A model generated the notes under the pieces. The model was not told the DNA's origin, made no database searches, and worked only from the letters and a program-made list of their open reading frames with translations. DNA of 60,989 nucleotides, counting the filler, from Stramenopiles sp. TOSAG23-2 (Eukaryota), in the NCBI GenBank assembly GCA_900128395.1. It is 4 parts of 4 records of this genome, joined end to end, with 100 filler letters (N's around TTAATTAATTAA, not from the genome) between each part and the next. Parts side by side here need not be neighbours in the genome. Positions count along the whole stretch, not along the records: positions 45,841 to 60,989 come from LT649724.1; 3 more parts are not named here. The stretch is one strand, 5' to 3'. Below, piece by piece: positions 53,109 to 60,989 of the stretch (the first letter of the stretch is position 1; each line of letters starts with the position of its first letter). Made by a program: the position numbers and the translations under genes.

Positions 53109-54842
53109 TTACTCCCACAAGCACAAATACCCACGTTTATCTACAGTAGCAACTTGAACGCCATCAACTCTCCAACCACATCCATGTACTGCACTGCTAT
53201 GCTTTTTCAAATTTCGTAAAACTTTACCACTATTCATATCCCATATATGTACAATTCCAGTACCGGATCCTGAAGCACAGAGGTTAGAATCGGGACTTAT
53301 ACATGCGCTTGCAAAATTTGCAGCCACACGAAAATTTTGATCTCCCATTTCCTTCACATTTTCAAAACTCAACGTATTGAATAACCGTAATTTATTATCT
53401 CTACAAGATGTTAATAAAATACTGGAATTCATGGACGAGGATATACTAGAAAATTCAACATGCGACACGGGCAATTTATGAATATCACAAATTTCATGAG
53501 ATCGACTCCCGTTACGCATATCCCATATACGAACAGTACCATCTTGATGCGCACTTGCCAAAGTGACTTGATCTGGCCCAAGATCCACACTATTACAAAC
53601 TGAAGAACATTGTATGGTACGTATGACAAATCCACTTTTCATATCCCAAACTTTGATGGTTCGATCGGATGATCCAGAAATTCCATATTTACAATCAACG
53701 CTTAATTTAACAGAAATAACTTTTCCACGATGGCCTTTTAATGTATGACGAATGCGTTGGGTCCGTACATCCCAAATTCTAGCAGCGGTATCAGTGCTAC
53801 CACCTATTACGGCCGATCCAATCCAATCAACATCCAATACTGGGCTACGATCGCTTCCATGTAACAATCCAATAGGTTTTTTCAAGGAATAACTAGACCA
53901 TAGTTTAATGAGTCCATCCGACCCGCAAGTAGCGAGTGATCTACCATCGTCACTGTATACTACAGAATAAATTTCAGCGCCTTCATGTGCACATGTAGTA
54001 TGGACAGCAGTTGAAGGGGGTGTAGAAACCATCGGCATATAATTATTATTTCGAGTATATCCTGAAGTTGAACTAGTTTTTAAATTACTATTGGCACTGC
54101 TACTTCTTTGTCGTTGTAAGGATGACGATGGGCTGTTTCCATAACTATTACTACGTGCTTTACCAAGTAAACCTGCATTATCCCTTACTTTTTCATACAA
54201 TTGGTTCATATCATTCGCTTCAGCTGCCATTTTAGCCTTTTCTTCTATTATTCGTTGGATCAATTGATCATTTTCAGTTTTAACTTTTTTATTTTCATCG
54301 AGTAGTTTTGTATTTTCTGCTCTTAATCGAATTAATTCCTCACGAAAAGTATTTACTTCTTTATCTTTTGCTTTTAAATCATTTGTTAATGTTTGAATGG
54401 TATCATTCGCTGCATTATACGATTTTGACTTTTGAATCAGTGCAAGTTGGGTGTTTTCTAATTGTTTTCTTATACCATCTGTGGAAGATGCTAGCTCTAT
54501 TTGCGATGCAACTTTTTCAAAATGTTTTTCAGATTCACGCGTCAACGCTTCTTGTAGCTCATAAATTTTTTCTTTTAATTTCATTATTTCAGCTGAGTTC
54601 GGTGGACTAGGGCTATTTACATTACTATGCCTATCATTTAGAGCCAAATTGTTCCCAGTATGCTGGATATAAATTAACTCTTTTCTCTTTTGGTCAAGTT
54701 CATTTTCAATTTTAATCGTAAAAGCATTTAAATTATCATACGTGTTTACAAAATCTAGATAACAATTAGTTTCAACATTATTACGTTTTTTTAAGTTTAA
54801 TATCCATTTTTCAATGCAGTCATCCTTTATCTTTGCAGTCAT
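53109..54842 (-). CDS. ATG16: Autophagy protein ATG16 (coiled coil + WD40, ATG16L1-type)
   Basis: N-terminal LKKRN..E ATG5-binding-like helix; coiled coil EN.QLIQR...KAK.A..AN..N; WD40 HTLKGH.GKV, SGSSDRTIKVWD, SAHQDG.VR.WD.R. Confidence 0.88.
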   Translation of the reverse strand: MTAKIKDDCIEKWILNLKKRNNVETNCYLDFVNTYDNLNAFTIKIENELDQKRKELIYIQHTGNNLALNDRHSNVNSPSPPNSAEIMKLKEKIYELQEALTRESEKHFEKVASQIELASSTDGIRKQLENTQLALIQKSKSYNAANDTIQTLTNDLKAKDKEVNTFREELIRLRAENTKLLDENKKVKTENDQLIQRIIEEKAKMAAEANDMNQLYEKVRDNAGLLGKARSNSYGNSPSSSLQRQRSSSANSNLKTSSTSGYTRNNNYMPMVSTPPSTAVHTTCAHEGAEIYSVVYSDDGRSLATCGSDGLIKLWSSYSLKKPIGLLHGSDRSPVLDVDWIGSAVIGGSTDTAARIWDVRTQRIRHTLKGHRGKVISVKLSVDCKYGISGSSDRTIKVWDMKSGFVIRTIQCSSVCNSVDLGPDQVTLASAHQDGTVRIWDMRNGSRSHEICDIHKLPVSHVEFSSISSSMNSSILLTSCRDNKLRLFNTLSFENVKEMGDQNFRVAANFASACISPDSNLCASGSGTGIVHIWDMNSGKVLRNLKKHSSAVHGCGWRVDGVQVATVDKRGYLCLWE

Positions 54843-55349
54843 CTTAAGAAAAATTTCAAACTTTTTTATTTCTTCTATAGATTATCTTTTCCGTGTTTCA
54901 GTATGTAAAATGTTGTTATGTACAAAACAAAAAGGAAAATAATAACTGATATGAATATAGATAATGGCGTATAATATGTATTAAAAGTTATATCTAGATT
55001 TAGATCTACTATGTGTGATTTGTAATATTACAACAATATTACTATATAATTTATTTTTTTTACTTTAGGTGCTTATTATTTATTAAGCTCTTATTATTAT
55101 TAGATGATCTATTTTATTATTCGAATTATATATAGTCTGCACGTCTAACTCTGGCTAAAATGCACTAATAATATAAATAGAATTTAAATTTTATTATTAT
55201 AAATAGTACAAGTAAAAGTTAAATATGAAAAGAAAAAGAAATTTTTGTTGAGAACAAAAAGGAAATAATCATCAATTAAAATCCCATTCACAATCCCCCG
55301 ACTCCTAGTCGAACAATATATATTCTTAATATAAACTGTATATAACGCC

Positions 55350-58300
55350 ATGAATAATAATCAAAACGTTACGGAGCAAGAATCAATACAAATTTTATCA
55401 CAAGTTGATCAGGCAGTAAATGTGTTATATAATTCGACTGGATATGTTGAAGACTCTCAACGAAAAGATATTGAGCGTCAACTAAATAGCTTCAAACAAA
55501 TGCCAAACTCGTGGGTACACAGTTTATATTTTTTGAACCATTCAAAGAATAATTATACGCTGTTTTATGCATGTTCAATATTAGAAAATATGTTACAAAC
55601 ACAATGGAATAATGTCGAGGAAGGGAAAAGGATGCATTTACGAGAAGTTGTCTTTACATTTTTATTAGGACGTAATCCACCACATTTTGTATTGACTAAA
55701 TTAATTAAAATATTAGTTGATATCGGCAAACTTGATTGGCCGGAGCGATATCCGGATTTTTTAAAGCATATCTTGCATACAATATCAAATGAAAAGTACC
55801 AGCATTTTGGCGTTTTATTGTTGAAAATTTTGATAGAAGAATTTACTACAAATAATTCTCGTCAATCTGTCCCGGTAACTGGGAATAGACAACGTCAAAT
55901 TTTATCAAGTTTTTTACAAAATATTCCGGTAATTATTGAAACTATGACCACTACGCTTTTAAATTTATATGGAAAATTACAACATGCATCATCCTCTGGC
56001 AATAATAATATTGCCAATCAAATATCATCACAATGTGGAGTACTATTTGAATCGTACCAAATATTAATACCTCTTTTTACAACGCAAGATATGAATAATT
56101 TAGGAGTACAACTTTACAGTAATAAATTTTTAGAAGTATCATTTCAAATTATTGAAAATTTTCCATTATTGCAATGTAGTGCTGGTGCGATATGTACCAT
56201 GAATAGCCTGTTAGCCAATAAATTAATAACACCTGCCATCCAGAACAATATCTTCATTATTATACAACAGCTATTAACCATTATACAGCGATTGTGTGAA
56301 CAGCAGAATGATATGCGTGCTTTACTTGAAGAAAAAAATGAACATTATTTTCAACATGTAAATTCTTTTTTTGAATGTCTTTTCAATGATCATATAAAAC
56401 GTTTGGAAAACAATGCTTCCTTTCCAATGAAAGCGCTTTTAACATTGTTGTTGGAATATAGTATGAAGCAGCCAAATGTATCATGCTTCTTAAATACGTT
56501 GTTTATATGGGAAATATTTACTGATTATATACGAGATATGAACGATGCTGCAGCGGTAGTTGGTGGTAGCAATTTCAAAAATAATAGCGAACTGTATCAT
56601 CAATGCTTAATGCAATTTTCATCCAATTTACTGGAGCGAACATTATTTGTACGGAACCATAATAATTTATTTCAATCATTGGATACTGATTCTTTTGGTG
56701 CACTTGAACATTGGGTACCTGATACAAAAAATGAAGAAGCCGATTCTGCTGATATAGGATCCAAAAAAACCTCATCATACGCACAAAATTACAGTTACAA
56801 CACAGATAATTCAAAATTAAGAACCGCAGAGCTGGTATTGAATTCACATTCTGAAGTTGATATATATCTTGGAGTAAATGTTACGTTATTGAGAAATTTA
56901 GTGGTTATTGAAAAAGTCGGTAGTCATTTAATACCTGGATTAGTAACCTACCTGTCAGAAGCAATTAATATGTGCAAGCCGTTATTACAACCATCATCGT
57001 CATCTTATAATAGCAACAACAACAATTTTCAAGTACAAGGTGCATTGCATGATTTAAGTACTATTGTTTATACCTTTACTGCCGGAATCTACTGTTTAAA
57101 TGTGTCCTTTGTTTCATCTCTTGATGTTGGTTTCAATATTTTAAAAACCCTTGTAGAGTTAGGGTTAAATATTGATCGAAATAGACTGTTTACACGCGGG
57201 CATCATATTTCAAAAGTTTTAATAAGTATATTAGAATGCATAACATTATTTTCGCATTGGTTGAAAACATTAATAGAAAGCCCAGATGTGGATAGTAGCA
57301 ATACCTCAGTAAATATAAAGCAATATAAAGATTCATTGCCACCAATTTTACATGCGTTAGCGGAACTGTTTTCCTGCGGTATTGATACTACTATAGCACC
57401 TGCACCAATACCAATTTTACGTGCCCATTTAAAACTGTTTGAAGCATTGGTTATAAATACCAATTTAACGCCTGAGATATCACCAATGTTATTTAAATGT
57501 TATCAAAATATATGGTACTTAACAGAAGGTTTGCCATTGGAAGTTAAAGTAGAAGTGGCAGTTGTTGTATCAAATTCGATTTTAATTAATTGTAATTACG
57601 TAAAAACTTTAAGTAACAACAATAATAACAGCATGAGTGAAGAGCAAAATTTATTGGTGTCATATGGCACTGTTGTAGCATCTGTCATTGGAAAAATTGG
57701 ATCGGCTGCAGCTGAAGCTAGATCAAAACATTCGATCGATAGATTACATATGGTACGTGTCCGACAATCGTTGTCACAACTTACTGGCATATGCAATTCA
57801 ATGGTAGGAAGACAACCCAAAGAACGACAAGTCGTAGCTGCAGTTATTAAACCAGTGATGTCTAATGCAGGGGAAATTTTAAATATTTGCTTGAAACAAC
57901 AACACATGCAGCAAAATAATAACAATGATCCAAATTTTACTAGAAATCGTGCAAATAGTTTGAGACATAAATTGGCATCGAATATTGCAACTGCGAAAGA
58001 CATTTTGATATTTTTCAACAGTGCTGTTAATGGTCTGAGGAGGGAACTTGGTGTCGAAACTTTATCAACTATTATCAATGGGATCATGGAATTATTCAAA
58101 TCCACCGCAAATGCAGCGGCATCGAATATGACGGGTGTTATAGGCGGCGGCGCTGGTGTTGTAAATGATGGTAGCATGGTTAATCAATTGCATATTGGTT
58201 TGCAAACAAAAAATAAAACTATGATACTTTTAGTGAAAAGTTTGCTATCGTTTTTAGCAACCGTATTAGAGGAACCACATAAAGCATTGCGTTCATTGCA

Positions 58301-58925
58301 CAGTCCAATTTATAATCTAGTCTATGGCACAATTGTTCCAGTTGTATTTTCTTCCAATGAAATTGTTGATGTTAGTTTAGAGCATGAAATATTTGCGTTT
58401 ATTCGCACGGCGTTAATATGCCAATGGCGTACATTTGTTAAATCAAACCGTAATGGTGGTACATTTAAAAGTGATGACAAGAAAAATGTCATGTCATTGT
58501 CGTTTAAAGTTTTGATAGATTCATTTAAAAGAAAGGATCAAATTCCTGAAAATTTTCAATACAATCTTCAAACTTTTATCAAATTAAATGAACAGCAAAC
58601 ATTATTTACTACTATGGTCTTTGAAAATTTCATTTCGAAAGAATTGTCAATACATTTAATTCAAGTCCTTGTTAATGGGACACATGATTTGTTAACTGAA
58701 CCTATTATAGACGTGTTGCACCGTATAGCTATTGTTAATTATCAACGATTTGCAAATGATATATTATTATATTTGATTGGAGAGACGGAAAAAGTATTAA
58801 ATAGTAATCATCAGGGTGATATACAAGAATTAAAGAAAAGTTTTTTCGTCGATAATAAACCACCAGATTTATTATCATTCAAATCTAACATTTTAAATTT
58901 TGTTTGGTTGAGGAGGAAATTGTGA
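55350..58925 (+). CDS. XPO6: Importin-beta family exportin, exportin-6-like
   Basis: IERQLNSF......W...LYFL..S.N.Y...Y....LEN.....W; KL..ILVDIGKLDWP..YPDF; C-terminal H.LL.E.I...L..IA.V.Y. Confidence 0.72.
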   Translation: MNNNQNVTEQESIQILSQVDQAVNVLYNSTGYVEDSQRKDIERQLNSFKQMPNSWVHSLYFLNHSKNNYTLFYACSILENMLQTQWNNVEEGKRMHLREVVFTFLLGRNPPHFVLTKLIKILVDIGKLDWPERYPDFLKHILHTISNEKYQHFGVLLLKILIEEFTTNNSRQSVPVTGNRQRQILSSFLQNIPVIIETMTTTLLNLYGKLQHASSSGNNNIANQISSQCGVLFESYQILIPLFTTQDMNNLGVQLYSNKFLEVSFQIIENFPLLQCSAGAICTMNSLLANKLITPAIQNNIFIIIQQLLTIIQRLCEQQNDMRALLEEKNEHYFQHVNSFFECLFNDHIKRLENNASFPMKALLTLLLEYSMKQPNVSCFLNTLFIWEIFTDYIRDMNDAAAVVGGSNFKNNSELYHQCLMQFSSNLLERTLFVRNHNNLFQSLDTDSFGALEHWVPDTKNEEADSADIGSKKTSSYAQNYSYNTDNSKLRTAELVLNSHSEVDIYLGVNVTLLRNLVVIEKVGSHLIPGLVTYLSEAINMCKPLLQPSSSSYNSNNNNFQVQGALHDLSTIVYTFTAGIYCLNVSFVSSLDVGFNILKTLVELGLNIDRNRLFTRGHHISKVLISILECITLFSHWLKTLIESPDVDSSNTSVNIKQYKDSLPPILHALAELFSCGIDTTIAPAPIPILRAHLKLFEALVINTNLTPEISPMLFKCYQNIWYLTEGLPLEVKVEVAVVVSNSILINCNYVKTLSNNNNNSMSEEQNLLVSYGTVVASVIGKIGSAAAEARSKHSIDRLHMVRVRQSLSQLTGICNSMVGRQPKERQVVAAVIKPVMSNAGEILNICLKQQHMQQNNNNDPNFTRNRANSLRHKLASNIATAKDILIFFNSAVNGLRRELGVETLSTIINGIMELFKSTANAAASNMTGVIGGGAGVVNDGSMVNQLHIGLQTKNKTMILLVKSLLSFLATVLEEPHKALRSLHSPIYNLVYGTIVPVVFSSNEIVDVSLEHEIFAFIRTALICQWRTFVKSNRNGGTFKSDDKKNVMSLSFKVLIDSFKRKDQIPENFQYNLQTFIKLNEQQTLFTTMVFENFISKELSIHLIQVLVNGTHDLLTEPIIDVLHRIAIVNYQRFANDILLYLIGETEKVLNSNHQGDIQELKKSFFVDNKPPDLLSFKSNILNFVWLRRKL

Positions 58926-59161
58926 AATACGTACGTATTAAAATGAAGAAATTATGTACGACGCACACTATCATATAAAGATGTTTTAAAAAATATACAC
59001 TGTGTACGAGATATTATGAAAACTCCCCTTTTTAATTTAAAATATATTACACCCAAAGGAACACAAATCTCTACGAACTATTTTTCTTCTCTCTTTCTTT
59101 TTTTCCCCTAAAAAATATCAAACACCTAACCATAATATTATATATATTATATTTATCATAT

Positions 59162-59917
59162 CTATACTTTACTCATAGTGTACAAATCAATAGATTGAAT
59201 TAAATCGTCACGTCCATCTGCATTCATATGATCTTCCAAATCATCTTGGCATACTTTTTCATCTTCAACGATCATGGAAATACGTAATTTTTTAATACCA
59301 AATGCAACTGGTAAAAATTTATGTTCTTGTCCCCAACATACAATACCATCACGTGTAGTTGCTTTCAATGCTTTTGCTAATGCTTCCAAGTCAGTTTCTG
59401 TATCAAATGGTTTCACATCAAATACAAACATAGTTTTCTCTGGGCCTTTTTTCTTTGCTTTTTCTGCTTTCATTTTCATACGTGCTTGCAATTCTTTATC
59501 TGCAGCGATTTTTCTTGCGATGGTATCAGCAATGTCTTCACCCTCATCATCATCACCAAACAAATCATCAACATCATCACTATCGTCGTCGTCAAATAAG
59601 TCATCAACGTCATCAATGTCTTTTTTTGCTTTTTTAGCTGGTTTTTTTGCTGCTGGTGCTGCTGGTGCTTCTGTTGCTTGTCCCCAACTTGCTCTTTCTT
59701 CTGCAGAATATGACAAAACGTGCTTTGCCCAACGGAATACATTTGGGGATGATTTATCGTTGAAAAATCCACCAAGTGCTGCTAATACTTGATTATCAAG
59801 TGGTGCAGGTGTAAACCCAGTGCAAAAGCAACGACTTGCTAACCATCCATTTAATCTTTTTTGACCACTTGTTTTATCTAATTGATCAAGTGGAACGAAA
59901 CCTTTTGGAACTGCCAT
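59162..59917 (-). CDS. EEF1B: Translation elongation factor 1-beta (eEF1B)
   Basis: LNGWLASR..., RWAKH, DDVDDLFGDDD, FDVKPFDTETDL, PVAFGIKKL, IQSID. Confidence 0.95.
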   Translation of the reverse strand: MAVPKGFVPLDQLDKTSGQKRLNGWLASRCFCTGFTPAPLDNQVLAALGGFFNDKSSPNVFRWAKHVLSYSAEERASWGQATEAPAAPAAKKPAKKAKKDIDDVDDLFDDDDSDDVDDLFGDDDEGEDIADTIARKIAADKELQARMKMKAEKAKKKGPEKTMFVFDVKPFDTETDLEALAKALKATTRDGIVCWGQEHKFLPVAFGIKKLRISMIVEDEKVCQDDLEDHMNADGRDDLIQSIDLYTMSKV

Positions 59918-60681
59918 GATTATGTAGTTATTATGTAATTGTTTTTGTTTTTATAATTGAATTTTATTATAATTTGTTGTTTGTTTTGTAAATTAAATGT
60001 ATGTGTGGTATCATCTTCTACAGTATGTATATATGTATCTCTGTATTCTATTATATATTTACAATGTATTACTATTGAAAAAAGTGTGAAAACCAAAGAA
60101 GGTGAATTTTGCACTATTTTTTTTGTGGCTCTGGGCACCTGATTTAGAAGAATTGTCCAATTTACAGTAGCTATAGCTAGCTAATTAGATTACAGTATAA
60201 GTACATGGTAGTCTACAGTACGATGGTATAGCATGGTATTATCTTCTCCCTGGAAATATATGTGAGGGCGATACAGCGATGATGTAGTATGTTCTTACTG
60301 TGTACTACCATGGTGGTAGTCTAAAGAGTATAACCATAGCTCTACATAAGAAGGAGAGAAGAGGAGAAAAGGTTATCAGGGTCATATATATGGACACAGC
60401 ACTGTAAACATCTCAGCCAGTGAATTCCATTTTTACCTCCTTTCCATCCTAATACTATTTCTATCCTAATGGAAAATCCAAGAACAAGACACACACACAG
60501 TGTATTATATACATATTACAATAAGATAAAAATATACAATATATATATATAGATATAAAGAACAACTACAAGAGATATTTTATATATATACATTAAACAC
60601 AAGGTTAAAACGATTATAACGCAATTTATTACCGACGTTCTAGTCTCCGAGTAAACTAACAACACAAAAACAAAATACATA

Positions 60682-60989
60682 ATGGCAGCTTTTAAATTAG
60701 GTGAAGTCACCGGTGAAACCAAAGACGAAATGGTTACCACATATGCAGCTTTGATCTTGCACGATGCAGAAAAAGAAGTTACCCCTGAAAACATCAACAC
60801 TTTAGTTGCTGCATCAGGAAACTCTGTTGAACCATACTGGCCAACACTTTTCGCTAAATTGTTAAAAACATTTGAAATGAAAGATCTTTTATTGTCTGGA
60901 GGTGGCGGCGGCGGCGGCGGCGGTGGTGCTGGCGGTAAAGGAGCAGCAGCTGAAGAAGAAGAAGAGGAAGAAGAAGAGGAGGAGGAAGA
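60682..60989 (+). CDS. RPLP1: 60S acidic ribosomal protein P1, 3'-truncated
   Basis: Read manually: MAAFKLGEVTGETKDEMVTTYAALILHDAEKEVTPENINTLVAASGNSVEPYWPTLFAKLL...GGGG..AAAEEEEE. Confidence 0.95.
   Translation, partial: MAAFKLGEVTGETKDEMVTTYAALILHDAEKEVTPENINTLVAASGNSVEPYWPTLFAKLLKTFEMKDLLLSGGGGGGGGGGAGGKGAAAEEEEEEEEEEEE

Overview
AT-rich, gene-dense, intron-poor eukaryotic (protist) DNA. The window is not one locus. It is four contigs of descending length (15207, 15172, 15161, 15149 bp) joined by artificial 100-nt N/TTAATTAATTAA/N linkers, so synteny across 15208-15307, 30480-30579 and 45741-45840 is meaningless. The gene content (Ask1 of the Dam1/DASH complex, a TPLATE-like TSET subunit, WDR93, Tubby, exportin-6-like, ATG16, many poly-Asn tracts) suggests a flagellated protist, possibly a heterotrophic stramenopile (inference only). 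The best candidate for an undescribed system is 27908-29971. It encodes a histone H3 N-terminal tail mimic (K4 kept; K9 and K14 replaced by Arg) fused to an apparently intact Mrr-type restriction endonuclease domain, a basic NLS, LRRs and ankyrin repeats. Other notable items: an SH3-multipass TM-SNAP-like-small GTPase fusion, an SF1 helicase with WG repeats, probable pseudo-enzymes (UBA5-like, JmjC), repeated short duplications across stop codons, and different motif vocabularies in upstream versus convergent intergenic DNA. All family calls come from motif recognition by eye; no database search was run.
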